Source: Nitrospinota bacterium | Lineage (GTDB): Bacteria > Nitrospinota > Nitrospinia > Nitrospinales > VA-1 | Reading direction: 5' to 3' | Assembly (NCBI GenBank): GCA_038108555.1 | Contig: JAYNIA010000004.1 | Coordinates: 640-64,639 of the forward strand | Length of the DNA: 64,000 nucleotides | In this document: one piece after another, positions 1 to 9,722 of the stretch | Layout: each line of letters starts with the position of its first letter | How positions within the stretch are numbered: position 1 is the first letter of the stretch | Program-made: the position numbers and the translations under genes | Notes under the pieces: generated by a model | The model's input: only the letters and a program-made list of their open reading frames with translations | Database searches by the model: none | What the model was told of the DNA's origin: nothing

Positions 1-1
1 G

Positions 2-1357
2 ATGGTTTACTCCATCAGCCGCAAAATAATGCCTTCCGGTTTTGCATTATTGGCAGCCCTTTTCATGGTTTCCGCCCCATCCATGTACTACAACCGTTTC
101 TATCCCTTTTTTGTCGTTCTCAATCTATATTTCCTTACAAAAACTGTAGAAAAAAGAAATATTCTTTCTTTTACCGGACTGGTAACAAGTATTTTTCTAA
201 GCTCCTTTATTAAATTTGAGGTCACACTGTTTTCCATTTTGATCAGTATTTTTGTCCTGGGAATACCGACTTTCCTTCGGCCTCAGGATTTCGGGTTTCA
301 ATGGAAGGACCTCATCCACCTATCTGCAAAACAAAAGAAATATTTTTTTGCAGGTGGGTTTACTCTGGTGGGACTGTTTCTCATTTACCTGGGAAGAGAT
401 GGATATTTTATAAAAGTTTTCAAACTTGTGGTGGATACCCACAAAGCCTGGGGTAATCCTTTTCCGGAGATATTTCCTTTCTTCAAGCTCTTTGAGGAGT
501 TGGGTCCCCATAAGATGTTTGAACATATCCTGTTTTATCTTCCTATAGGGGTTTACGCCCTGGCAGGAGTTTTAGTTCTGTCACGTTTTCTTATAAACAA
601 GTGGGAACTGACCCAAGAAGATTTGCAACTTATCGCAATCGTATGTTTTGGAATTTGCTCCTTTGGCCTGGTACTCTGGAGGGCCGGATTCGATAACCTT
701 TTAAGAACCCTTCCTCCTTTTTATATTCTGTTTTGCTACCTGCTTTTTCTGTTCTGGGAAAAGGTACTTTCCTTTCAGAACGCTTCAGAAAACAGTTTTG
801 CCACAAGATTGACTCGAGTTCCCTTAAGCCTCTTAATTGTTTTTCTGCCCTTTCTTTTTTATTTTGAAATGAATACCTATCACGGGTTTTACGCAGGAAG
901 CATTGGCGCAAAAAGCTGGACCATCAATGAAGATGTTAAAGCCCTGAACCCGGCAACCACCCGGGTTGAACTGGAAAAAATGGATGTGTATACAAGTCCT
1001 GCCGAAGCAAAGTGGATACAGGAGGTGGTTAACAGAATCAATTTGTACTCAGAAAAAGGAGATCCTATACTTGCCCTTCCCCTCAACCCAATCTTTTATT
1101 TTTTAACCGACCGCATAAACCCCACAGCCTACGAATGGGTGTTACCAGGAATGATGGTCGAAGAAGAAGAATTAAAAATGGTTGAATCTCTCAAAGAAAA
1201 ACCCCCCAAGGTCGTCGTGTATGTTGACATCGCTATCGATGGCAAAGAAGAAAGACGACTAAAAAACTACTCTCCGCATCTTTATAAGTTTCTTGTAAAC
1301 AATTACGGGTTTCAGGAAATGATCGGCTTGTTCCAAATACTCCTTCCAAAGCACTAA
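2..1357 (+). CDS. polytopic integral membrane protein with hydrophilic C-terminal domain; function unknown (topology loosely ArnT/PMT-glycosyltransferase-like); 5' end may lie outside window
   Basis: ORF runs from window edge; many hydrophobic segments in the first ~290 aa, then a ~150-aa soluble tail; no catalytic motif recognised. Confidence 0.55.
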   Translation: MVYSISRKIMPSGFALLAALFMVSAPSMYYNRFYPFFVVLNLYFLTKTVEKRNILSFTGLVTSIFLSSFIKFEVTLFSILISIFVLGIPTFLRPQDFGFQWKDLIHLSAKQKKYFFAGGFTLVGLFLIYLGRDGYFIKVFKLVVDTHKAWGNPFPEIFPFFKLFEELGPHKMFEHILFYLPIGVYALAGVLVLSRFLINKWELTQEDLQLIAIVCFGICSFGLVLWRAGFDNLLRTLPPFYILFCYLLFLFWEKVLSFQNASENSFATRLTRVPLSLLIVFLPFLFYFEMNTYHGFYAGSIGAKSWTINEDVKALNPATTRVELEKMDVYTSPAEAKWIQEVVNRINLYSEKGDPILALPLNPIFYFLTDRINPTAYEWVLPGMMVEEEELKMVESLKEKPPKVVVYVDIAIDGKEERRLKNYSPHLYKFLVNNYGFQEMIGLFQILLPKH

Positions 1358-1680
1358 CAGATAATTTTATCTGCTATCCCATATTTTTTTACTTTAGGAT
1401 TGACGATTGACTTTTTTTCGTTAATTATAAATTTTATCAGCTTAGCTATATTTGAATCGAAAACCATACAAGCAACCTAACTCAATACTAGCTAATCTCC
1501 CTTTAAATAGGGCTGAAACGAGGTATCGATTATTTTAAGAGTCCATAGTTGGACACAGGAAGTTTCTAAATTTGCTAATTCTTTTTTTTCCTTAGTGAGG
1601 AAAACGCTTTCTGGCAAATTTTTTGGAGCTTGTTTTCCTTAATCGTCGGTTTTACTAATTTTTGTTTGGAAATAAAAGAA

Positions 1681-2091
1681 ATGCCAGAAATAAAATCAGG
1701 AACTGTAAAATATTTGGGTGTCCGACTTCGACAATGGAGAAAATCTCTCCCTCTGAAATCCTACCAACTTGCTAAACTTATTAAGATTTCACAGGGTTCT
1801 TTATCAGATGTTGAAAATTGCAAATCTCTTCCGTCTGCCGATACTCTCGCCAAACTGCATCAATACACAAACCTAAATATTATCTGGTTACTAACGAGTA
1901 AGGGGCCAATTCGGAAAACTCAAAATGCTCCGGGAGAAGAGCCTGAGGTCAATGAAGATTTAGGGGAATATGGTGAAGATGCCAATTTGAATGAATTAAT
2001 TCAAAGGTTAATTCGGACTTATTATCGGGGAGACCCAGAAAAAAAAGCGCATTTGATAGGTTTTCTGATTGGAGCCGATCCGGGAGAATAA
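1681..2091 (+). CDS. HTH transcriptional regulator, XRE / phage CI-repressor-type HTH, no peptidase domain
   Basis: Motif SYQLAKLIKISQGSLSDVENCKSLPSADTLAKLHQYTNLNIIWLLTSKG (CI-type HTH ending in WLLtG-like). ATG at 1681 is in frame with the tracked ORF; the upstream TTG start is less likely. Confidence 0.7.
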   Translation: MPEIKSGTVKYLGVRLRQWRKSLPLKSYQLAKLIKISQGSLSDVENCKSLPSADTLAKLHQYTNLNIIWLLTSKGPIRKTQNAPGEEPEVNEDLGEYGEDANLNELIQRLIRTYYRGDPEKKAHLIGFLIGADPGE

Positions 2092-2098
2092 GAGTTGG

Positions 2099-3838
2099 CT
2101 ATTCACCGAGAGCAACCGGGTCCTGCATTTTTAATTTATACAAATTGTAATAAAGATTTCGGTTACTCATTAGTTCATCGTGTTGCCCTGTTTCAACGAT
2201 CCTACCTTTTTCCAGCACAATAATCTGATCTGCATTGTGAATAGTACTCAGACGATGAGCCACAATAAAAGTGGTTCTGTTTTTCATCAACTTTTCCAGT
2301 GCTTCCTGAATTAAAGCTTCTGACCTGTTATCCAGAGAAGATGTCGCTTCATCGAGGACAAGAATTTTCGGGTCTTTTAAAATCGCCCTGGCTATGGCAA
2401 TCCGCTGCCTTTCACCGCCTGAAAGTTTAGTTCCCTTTTCGCCAACAATAGTTTCGTAACCTTTTTCAAGGGCCATTATAAAATCGTGCGCATTCGCTTT
2501 TTTCGCAGCCTCTTCCAGCTCTTTATCCGTTGCATCCAGTTTTCCATAAAGGATATTTTCTCTAACCGTTCCACCAAATAACAATGTCTCTTGAGGTACC
2601 AATGCGATCTGACTCAAAAAACTTTCCCGGTCCAGTTTTCGAATGTCATGTCCGTCCAGTTGGATACTTCCCTGACGCGTATCAAAAAATCGATGCAGCA
2701 GTTTTATGACCGTCGATTTTCCAGCACCACTGGGCCCTACCAAAGCGACAGTTTGACCGGGGTGAACTTTGAAACTAATATCATGTAAAATTTCCGTTTC
2801 CTCCCGATAACCAAAAGAAACATTTTCAAACTGGATATCTCCAGAAATGTTTTCCAAATATATCGGGTTTTCAGGATTATCAATAGCAGGGACCGTATCT
2901 AAAATTTCATAAACCCTTCTTATGGCACCTGAAGCCTCCTGAATCTGCGTATAAAGTCGAACAAATGTACCAATGGGACCTGCCACAATCAGTGCGTAAA
3001 GGAAAAAGGCCGCCAATTCTCCGGGTGTCGTGGCTCCCGACATGACCTGGTAACCTCCATACCAGATCAATACCGCAGAAACCAGAAAGGTCAGGCCGAG
3101 AATGAAAGGGCCAAAAAACGATGAAATCTTTAGCTTGTCCACCGCCCTATCAAATGCGGTTTCAATTTCTTTTGTAAACCGTTCCCTCTCATAAGCCTCG
3201 CGAGTAAAGGATTTTACAATTTTTATTGAAGAGGCCACTTCCTCAAGAACCACTACCGCCTGAGCAACCTGGTCCTGTAATTTTTCCGCAAAATTTCTTA
3301 AACGTTTCCCAAAAACACGGGCAAATATCATCAACGGGGGAAGAATCAACAAGATAAGACCGGTCAGTTTCCAGTTCAAATAGAGAATAATGGCCATCGC
3401 CCCAATCAGGGTGATACTTTGTCTTAATAATGCAACGGGAATGGAAACCAATGCGTTTTGAATGACTGAGATATCGTTGTTCATCCGCGAAAGAATTTCC
3501 CCAACCCGGCGTTCCTGAAAAAACCGCAAGGACAATGATTGAATGTGGGAAAAAAATTCAATCCGAAAATCGGTGGTCATTCTGTGGCCGACAAACCCAA
3601 AAATATAATTATGGGTCACAGCAAAAACCGCTTGAAGAAAGATTATGAAAATCAAATCCCATGCAAGACCATCGAGAACCTGGCTATCCTTCAAAACCAC
3701 AACCGCATTGATCATATTTCGAACAATCAAAGGCAAAACCAGATTGACCAGAGACGTCAAAGTCAGACAAATAAATGCAAAAACCAGACTTTTGGTATAG
3801 GGCCTGGCATATTTCAATATTTTTCTAAATTCTTTCAT
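2099..3838 (-). CDS. ABC transporter, fused permease/ATP-binding protein (MsbA/lipid-exporter-like, type I exporter)
   Basis: N-terminal 6-TM domain. Walker A GPSGAGKST, signature LSGGERQR, Walker B ILVLDEATS, H-loop AHRLST. Confidence 0.9.
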   Translation of the reverse strand: MKEFRKILKYARPYTKSLVFAFICLTLTSLVNLVLPLIVRNMINAVVVLKDSQVLDGLAWDLIFIIFLQAVFAVTHNYIFGFVGHRMTTDFRIEFFSHIQSLSLRFFQERRVGEILSRMNNDISVIQNALVSIPVALLRQSITLIGAMAIILYLNWKLTGLILLILPPLMIFARVFGKRLRNFAEKLQDQVAQAVVVLEEVASSIKIVKSFTREAYERERFTKEIETAFDRAVDKLKISSFFGPFILGLTFLVSAVLIWYGGYQVMSGATTPGELAAFFLYALIVAGPIGTFVRLYTQIQEASGAIRRVYEILDTVPAIDNPENPIYLENISGDIQFENVSFGYREETEILHDISFKVHPGQTVALVGPSGAGKSTVIKLLHRFFDTRQGSIQLDGHDIRKLDRESFLSQIALVPQETLLFGGTVRENILYGKLDATDKELEEAAKKANAHDFIMALEKGYETIVGEKGTKLSGGERQRIAIARAILKDPKILVLDEATSSLDNRSEALIQEALEKLMKNRTTFIVAHRLSTIHNADQIIVLEKGRIVETGQHDELMSNRNLYYNLYKLKMQDPVALGE

Positions 3839-4029
3839 TAAAACTAATTCTTCCTTAAGAAAACCATTGAAGCCGAAAAGGGAACTGGGGAAACTCCCTA
3901 AACAACAATAAATTCAATATTTTTGAGGGAACATCATAACCCCTTTAAGGGCTCAATTCAAACCTTATCGCGGGGTTTTTCCCACCCCATTCCGGGGAAA
4001 AAAATTTTTTCAAAAAAATAAAAAAAACC

Positions 4030-4056
4030 TAAAGTTTCCCCTAAAGTCACCGTTAA
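4030..4056 (+). promoter_or_regulatory. sigma-28 (FliA)-like promoter upstream of the FlaG-like gene
   Basis: TAAAGTTT (4030-4037), 11-nt spacer, ACCGTTAA (4049-4056). Versus E. coli-type consensus TAAAGTTT-N11-GCCGATAA: 8/8 and 6/8 matches. Lies ~90 nt upstream of the ATG at 4146. Confidence 0.35.
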
Positions 4057-4145
4057 GAAGAATGCGAGTACTGGCTAAAAAAAGAATAAGGCCACGGACT
4101 CTGAAAATTTAACGCTTTACTTTCAACAATTTAGAGGTAAAAACA

Positions 4146-4475
4146 ATGGATACCCAGGCTGTAAATAATGTGGGCAATCCGACAGCACCAAAACCGAGGC
4201 CGGCTGCAACCAGTTCGGGTTCGAAATCAAGTTCTGCCGCTACTCCAACGGAAGATACAGTTAGCTTGTCAAGAGAAGGCCAGAGTTTGGCACAAACTAA
4301 TGCGGCCACCAATGCGCCTTCTGGCAGCGAACAAAGAAAATTCTCCGTGACAGAAAATAACGATGTCGTGCTTAAGGTAATTGACCCACAAACGCAAGAA
4401 GTCGTTAGGTCTGTTCCTTCTGAGGAACAGCTCCAACTAAGAGATGCAATAAGAAACGAATTGGATAATTCTTAA
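4146..4475 (+). CDS. flaG: FlaG-family flagellar protein-like
   Basis: C-terminal RKFSVTENNDVVLKVIDPQTQEVVRSVPSEEQLQLRDAI resembles the FlaG core (F-x-vd-...-vvkviD-x-tgEviRqiPsEe-l). N-terminus is low-complexity. RBS-like AGAGGTAAAAACA precedes the ATG. Confidence 0.6.
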   Translation: MDTQAVNNVGNPTAPKPRPAATSSGSKSSSAATPTEDTVSLSREGQSLAQTNAATNAPSGSEQRKFSVTENNDVVLKVIDPQTQEVVRSVPSEEQLQLRDAIRNELDNS

Positions 4476-4518
4476 GATTTTATAAATTTTTTTTTAATAA
4501 AAAAAGGGGCACAAAATC

Positions 4519-4782
4519 ATGGAAGTTCCAAGCATAGGAAGTATTACCTCCGCACCAAGAACAACTGCAGATACATTAGAAGCACCGCAAACTAGCTCGA
4601 ATGAAGCTCAGGGTCAGGTAACTCAGGAAGCTCAAACCAGTTCCATTCCTCCAGTTCAAGCCCCCAGTGATTTGGGTGGAGAGGAAGGTAGCGTGGTAAC
4701 TCAGGATAATTCCAGTTCTGCCAACGCCCAGGGTTCTTCTACAGAATCTGAAACCGGTGGCCAGGTAGACGTATTAGCCTAA
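4519..4782 (+). CDS. small Ser/Thr/Gln-rich acidic protein, unknown function
   Basis: 87-aa ORF 44 nt after the flaG-like gene; GGGG-containing RBS-like sequence 8 nt upstream; followed by two hairpins; low-complexity composition. Confidence 0.4.
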   Translation: MEVPSIGSITSAPRTTADTLEAPQTSSNEAQGQVTQEAQTSSIPPVQAPSDLGGEEGSVVTQDNSSSANAQGSSTESETGGQVDVLA

Positions 4783-4832
4783 CCCTCTTGCGAGGGAGAA
4801 AATAAATCAAAAAGATACTTATTATTCTTTCA

Positions 4833-4867
4833 AACCGTTGTCCTTTTTAAGGGCAACGGTTTTTTTG
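4833..4867. terminator. rho-independent terminator between convergent genes
   Basis: AACCGTTGTCC-tttttaa-GGGCAACGGTT followed by TTTTTT. A smaller hairpin CCCTC-ttgc-GAGGG lies at 4783-4797. Confidence 0.6.
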
Positions 4868-4871
4868 TGCT

Positions 4872-5432
4872 TTAGCCAACAGCCTGCATAAACCGTTGGG
4901 TAATCTCTTCAGGGGTGTGGGTCACTCGACCGGTGGAGGGGTCAAAACCAGGTTCAACTTTAATCAGCAAAAAGTTGGGACCTGGGGATTCTTTCATTTT
5001 TAAAAATGCGTCTTTAATTTCTTCCTTCTTTTCAACTCTCATTGCATTTTTGTATCCAGAGCTTTTTGCAACTTCTTCCAACTTCACTTGTCCAGAGAGG
5101 GATCTCTGACTTCCGGTGGATTCATAAACCTCATTATCGATAACCACATGGGTAAGATTTTCCGGTGCTTCTGCTGCAATCATCGCCAATGTTCCCATTG
5201 ACATAAGCACATTTCCATCACCGTCAATTATGATGACACTTTTTTCAGGTTTGCACATGGCAACACCCAAACCAATGGAGGAAGCCAGGCCCATTGATCC
5301 GATCATATAGAAATTGGCTTCGCGATCTTTTAAGGCAAACGATTCGCGGCATATAAATCCGTTCGCATGAACCACCGGCTCATCATCTTTGATGAGGGGA
5401 AGCAGTTCCTGAAATGCTTCAGTGCCTTTCAT
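4872..5432 (-). CDS. TPP-dependent decarboxylase, beta subunit (sulfopyruvate decarboxylase ComE / phosphonopyruvate decarboxylase C-terminal-half type)
   Basis: TPP-binding motif IIDGDGNVLMSMGTLAMIA...NE. ATG at 5432 (MKGTEAF) overlaps the alpha-subunit stop by 14 nt; an upstream TTG at 5453 is an alternative start. Confidence 0.8.
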   Translation of the reverse strand: MKGTEAFQELLPLIKDDEPVVHANGFICRESFALKDREANFYMIGSMGLASSIGLGVAMCKPEKSVIIIDGDGNVLMSMGTLAMIAAEAPENLTHVVIDNEVYESTGSQRSLSGQVKLEEVAKSSGYKNAMRVEKKEEIKDAFLKMKESPGPNFLLIKVEPGFDPSTGRVTHTPEEITQRFMQAVG

Positions 5433-5925
5433 CAAATAAACCTTTCTCGACAATTAAAGTGTAGGGCAATTTCTCTTCGAGAATTTTCTTATTTGCCTTT
5501 TGAATAACTTCGTCACAGTTTGTTTCACTAAGAAGGGAATATTCCATTCCAGCGGTTTCCAAAAGCCGCTTATCAATGTCACCCATAATGATATGTTCCG
5601 GAGCATCTTTTCCATCTTTACCCCGCCAACTCATGATCACCAACATGGGAATATGATAAATCAGATTAAGTGAAGTGAATGCATTGAGGCTGTAACCCAA
5701 ACCGGAATTCTGCATAAGTAGAACGGGCTGTGCTCCTGCGAGATAGGCACCTGTGCATAACCCCACTGCTGCATCTTCCCGAACGGCAGGAACATATCGA
5801 GCATCCTGTTGCCCCTCCAACTCATAAATTAATCCGGATAACAAAGAACAGGGAATGCCCGTGAAGAATTTATAATTTTCCTGGATCAAACGATTTATAA
5901 AAGATTGGGATGTGAGGGAGGACAT
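5419..5925 (-). CDS. TPP-dependent decarboxylase, alpha subunit (ComD / phosphonopyruvate decarboxylase N-terminal-half type)
   Basis: FFTGIPCSLLSGL...AVREDAAVGLCTGAYLAG...LMQNSGLG is typical of the pyrimidine-binding half of Ppd/ComD enzymes. Translationally overlapped with the beta subunit. Confidence 0.8.
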   Translation of the reverse strand: MSSLTSQSFINRLIQENYKFFTGIPCSLLSGLIYELEGQQDARYVPAVREDAAVGLCTGAYLAGAQPVLLMQNSGLGYSLNAFTSLNLIYHIPMLVIMSWRGKDGKDAPEHIIMGDIDKRLLETAGMEYSLLSETNCDEVIQKANKKILEEKLPYTLIVEKGLFDERH

Positions 5926-5935
5926 TTTTTAATTC

Positions 5936-6886
5936 TTACCAATTCTGGATATTTCGTTCGCCACCATATTGGCCCTGCAACTTGTGGATAAGCTTGATAT
6001 ATTCCTTGATGGCTTCCTCTCCTGGAAATTCTACTCCCAAATCTTTTGCAGCTTGATTGGACATGGGAACACCTTCATCACCCATCACTCCTTCGCACTC
6101 CCCAAAAGAGTCGATTGTGTCTGCAATCATTTTTCCCAGGTGCAGGTTGTGTATATGACCGTCTACCAGATGATAGATTTTCCCTGCAGCATCCGCATTT
6201 CCCAGAACACATTGGATGCCCTGAACGACTGAATCTACAGAAACATATTTGGTACTTCCTTTCAGATCCACATTGTAGTTCGTTGCTAAATAATCAATCG
6301 TCTGGAACCACTCAGATTTATCAATTTGCGGGCGCACTCCATAAATAGTAACCGGTCGCAAGATAGTGATATCAAAAGCGCGGCTTTTCTGGAATTGAAA
6401 ACAGAACCCCTCAATCGCGTTTTTAATCGACCCGTACAAACTGCCGGGTCTTACGGGATGATTTTCATCCATGGGGTTTTCCTTGTTCACCGTAGGCAGG
6501 ACTTCCCCAAAAATGGTGCAGGAGCTCATGAAGATCACTTGTTTTACTTTTGCTTTTCGAGCTTCTTCCAGCAAATCAAAACTGCCGTCTATATTTACCT
6601 TTGTCAATTCCTCAACAGCCTGGACAGGACCGGGGAAATGGGCCAGATGAATCAGAACCTCAGCATCCTCTACCAGCTTGGCAAGCGACTCCTTATCATC
6701 CAGCTTGCCAATAATGTAATCAATATCCTCAAAGGTTTTCAGATGCTCAACGACACTTGTTTCACGAATTAATGCCTTAACATTGTAATTGGCACTTTCA
6801 GAATTATCTTCTAGAAGTTTTTTTATAAAATGGGATCCCACCATTCCTGTAATGCCGGTGAGTGCAATATTCATTAGTTCCTCCAA
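5936..6886 (-). CDS. NAD-dependent epimerase/dehydratase family (extended SDR) protein
   Basis: N-terminal Rossmann motif LTGITGMVGSHF; YxxxK-type segment SLYGSIKNAIE; 10 nt upstream of the decarboxylase alpha subunit. Confidence 0.85.
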   Translation of the reverse strand: MEELMNIALTGITGMVGSHFIKKLLEDNSESANYNVKALIRETSVVEHLKTFEDIDYIIGKLDDKESLAKLVEDAEVLIHLAHFPGPVQAVEELTKVNIDGSFDLLEEARKAKVKQVIFMSSCTIFGEVLPTVNKENPMDENHPVRPGSLYGSIKNAIEGFCFQFQKSRAFDITILRPVTIYGVRPQIDKSEWFQTIDYLATNYNVDLKGSTKYVSVDSVVQGIQCVLGNADAAGKIYHLVDGHIHNLHLGKMIADTIDSFGECEGVMGDEGVPMSNQAAKDLGVEFPGEEAIKEYIKLIHKLQGQYGGERNIQNW

Positions 6887-6998
6887 ATCCTTACGGATTT
6901 ATTTTTATATTAAGTTGGTCACGCAGAATTTTTAATTATTATTACCCACTAAAATAATGTCAACCCTTTTTAAGGTTTTGGGCCATCCCTAAATATGT

Positions 6999-9629
6999 TC
7001 AGGAACCTTTCTTTAATACAGCTTGAGCTGCAGCAAGAATGGCAGTGGGTACCCGATAGGGAGAACAACTCACATAATCAAATTTCATTTGATTGAAGAA
7101 ATCAATGGATGCGGGGTCACCGCCATGTTCTCCGCAAACTCCCATGTGGATTTTGGGCTTTGTCTTACGTCCTTTGTCTACAGCAATTTTTACAAGTTGC
7201 CCGAGACCTTCCCTGTCAAATGTCACAAAGGGATCATGTTCAATCAATTCCTGCTCCATATATTGGCGGAGAAACCCACCGGAATCATCGCGGCTCAAGC
7301 CAAGCGCAGTCTGCGTCAGGTCGTTTGTACCAAATGAAAAGAAATCCGCCTCCTTAGCAATTTCATCTGCAGTCAGGGCGGCTCGGGGAAGTTCGATCAT
7401 CGTACCCACTTTAAAATCCAATTTAACCCCTTCTTTCTTTAGAACTTCCGAGGCAACTTCCATAATAAATTCACGCACAATCTTAAATTCATTTACGTTT
7501 CCTACCAGAGGAACCATGATTTCGGGATATACCTTGACTCCTTCTTTCGTCAATTTGCATCCAGCTTCTAAAATTGCACGCACCTGCATTTTATAAATTT
7601 CCGGAAAAGTGATCCCAAGCCGACATCCTCGATGGCCCAACATGGGATTCATTTCACTCATGCTTTCGATTTTCTTGTTCAGTGCACGCCGGGTCATCTT
7701 CATATCTTTGGCCAAACTATTAACTTCGCTAACTTCATGCGGCAAAAATTCATGGAGAGGTGGATCGAGCAATCGCACCGTAACCGGGAGGTCCTCCATC
7801 GCTTTGAAAATTCCAATAAAATCATTTCTTTGGATGGGAAGGAGTTTTTTCAAGGCTTCGCTTCTAACCTTATCATTCTCGGCAAGAATCATTTTGCGAA
7901 CCTGGAAAATGCGTTCTTCATCGAAAAACATGTGCTCAGTTCTGCAAAGCCCAATTCCCTGTGCGCCAAATTCCCTGGCCAATAAAGCGTCATTGGGTGT
8001 ATCGGCATTGGCCCTGATTTGCAAGGTTCGAATGTCTCCTGCCCAGGCAACCATTCTGGAAAATGAACCGGTCACCTTGGATTGGGTCAAGGGAACCATC
8101 CCTTCAATAACCTCACCATTGGTTCCATCCAGAGAAAGTGGAGTCATTTCTTTAAGTTTCACATCTCCCAGGGTGCAGTATTTTCTTTTGCTATTCACCA
8201 CCAACCCTTCCACACCTGACACACAAGGTTTTCCCATAGCCCGGGCCACAACCGCTGCATGGGAAGTCATTCCGCCTTTGGCGGTAATAATTCCCTGGGC
8301 AACATTCATTCCCCGGATATCTTCGGGAGAAGTCTCCATTCGTACGAGAATGGCTTTTTCTTTATTAGCCACCATTTCTTCTGCTGCGGCTGAGGTAAAA
8401 ACAATTTTTCCTGTTGCGGCCCCAGGGGAAGCCCCCAGTCCTTTTCCCAAACGTTTAACTTTGACGGTAGGATCAATCATGGGATGAAAGATCTGACTGA
8501 GCTGATCGGCGGGAATTCTCATTAATGCTTCTTTTTCGTCTATCAAACCTTCATCCACCATATCGACAGCGACTTTGATTGCCGATTCCGCCGTCCTTTT
8601 TCCCGCCCGGGTTTGCAGCAGGTACAATTTATTATTTTCAATGGTGAACTCCATGTCCTGCATATCCCTGTAATGCTTTTCAAGTTTCTGGTAAACACTA
8701 ACCAGGGATTGATAAATTTCCGGCATATCAATTTCAAGTTGTTCAATGGACTCCGGGGTACGAATCCCCGCCACCACATCTTCACCCTGAGCATTGATCA
8801 TGTATTCGCCAAAAAACTTCTTTTCACCGGTCGCCGGGTTGCGGGTAAAAGCAACACCCGTGGCAGAAGTATCTCCCATATTCCCAAAAACCATGGACTG
8901 TACCGTAACGGCAGTTCCCCAATCGTGTGAATACCCGTGCATCTTTCGATAAATAACCGCCCGCTCTGTGTTCCAGGAGTTAAACACCCCTTCAACGGCC
9001 ATTCGCAACTGTTTCATAGGATCATCGGGAAAGTCCTTGTTGGTTTCCCGGGCAACAAGAGCCTTATATTTTTTTATGATCGATTTTAAATCTTTAACCG
9101 AAAACTCTGTATCAACTTTAATGCCTAGCTTTTTCTTCTCTTTATCGAGAATTTCTTCGAATCGTGCGCCGTCAATATGCAAGACCACATTACTGAACAT
9201 GGAAATAAAACGACGGTAAGTATCCATGGCAAACCATTCGTTATCCGTTCTTTCTGCAAGACCTTTCAAACTTTCCTCATTCAAACCCAGGTTCAATACC
9301 GTATCCATCATGCCCGGCATTGAAACCCGAGCACCGGATCGAACCGAGACGAGCAAAGGATTGTCTGAACCACCAAATTTTTTCCCGACGGACTTTTCAA
9401 GGGCTTTTAACTGAGACAAAACCTCATCCCATAACTTGGGAGGCAATTTCTTTTTATTCTTAAAGTAATAAACACAAGCTTCGGTAGAGATCGTGAAGCC
9501 CGGTGGAACATCAATGCCCAGCAAAGCCATTTCAGCAAGGTTGGCACCCTTGCCTCCCAGAATATTTCTCATTTCTGCTTTGCCATGCGTTTTCTTGCCG
9601 GCAAATGCATATACATATTTCTTGGTCAT
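6999..9629 (-). CDS. ppdK: pyruvate, phosphate dikinase
   Basis: 876 aa; N-terminal GGKGANLAEM; phospho-histidine motif GGMTSHAAVVARAMGKPCV; C-terminal PEP-utilising TIM-barrel motifs (GLCRTEHMF, FFSFGTNDLTQ). Confidence 0.95.
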   Translation of the reverse strand: MTKKYVYAFAGKKTHGKAEMRNILGGKGANLAEMALLGIDVPPGFTISTEACVYYFKNKKKLPPKLWDEVLSQLKALEKSVGKKFGGSDNPLLVSVRSGARVSMPGMMDTVLNLGLNEESLKGLAERTDNEWFAMDTYRRFISMFSNVVLHIDGARFEEILDKEKKKLGIKVDTEFSVKDLKSIIKKYKALVARETNKDFPDDPMKQLRMAVEGVFNSWNTERAVIYRKMHGYSHDWGTAVTVQSMVFGNMGDTSATGVAFTRNPATGEKKFFGEYMINAQGEDVVAGIRTPESIEQLEIDMPEIYQSLVSVYQKLEKHYRDMQDMEFTIENNKLYLLQTRAGKRTAESAIKVAVDMVDEGLIDEKEALMRIPADQLSQIFHPMIDPTVKVKRLGKGLGASPGAATGKIVFTSAAAEEMVANKEKAILVRMETSPEDIRGMNVAQGIITAKGGMTSHAAVVARAMGKPCVSGVEGLVVNSKRKYCTLGDVKLKEMTPLSLDGTNGEVIEGMVPLTQSKVTGSFSRMVAWAGDIRTLQIRANADTPNDALLAREFGAQGIGLCRTEHMFFDEERIFQVRKMILAENDKVRSEALKKLLPIQRNDFIGIFKAMEDLPVTVRLLDPPLHEFLPHEVSEVNSLAKDMKMTRRALNKKIESMSEMNPMLGHRGCRLGITFPEIYKMQVRAILEAGCKLTKEGVKVYPEIMVPLVGNVNEFKIVREFIMEVASEVLKKEGVKLDFKVGTMIELPRAALTADEIAKEADFFSFGTNDLTQTALGLSRDDSGGFLRQYMEQELIEHDPFVTFDREGLGQLVKIAVDKGRKTKPKIHMGVCGEHGGDPASIDFFNQMKFDYVSCSPYRVPTAILAAAQAVLKKGS

Positions 9630-9722
9630 AAAATAATTAGCAGTTATTGCTTAAATAAAAGGGTTAATTAATAGGGAGAAAAACTATTATAAAATTTTTT
9701 CAAGCTCCTCCAAATTTCAAAC

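Noticed and set aside
1681-2091. CI-type repressor as a marker of a prophage or integrative element
   Set aside because: No integrase, excisionase, phage structural genes or att-like repeats are nearby, so it is treated as a stand-alone regulator.
4109-4350. Alternative-frame ORFs (67 aa minus strand, 60 aa plus strand) overlapping the FlaG-like gene
   Set aside because: The FlaG-like frame carries the recognisable conserved C-terminal motif and an RBS, whereas the others have neither.
7609-8487. 292-aa plus-strand ORF, plus neighbours at 7023-7596 and 8613-8930
   Set aside because: It lies entirely antisense to the well-supported ppdK gene, has Ser/Arg/Pro-rich shadow-frame composition and shows no motif.
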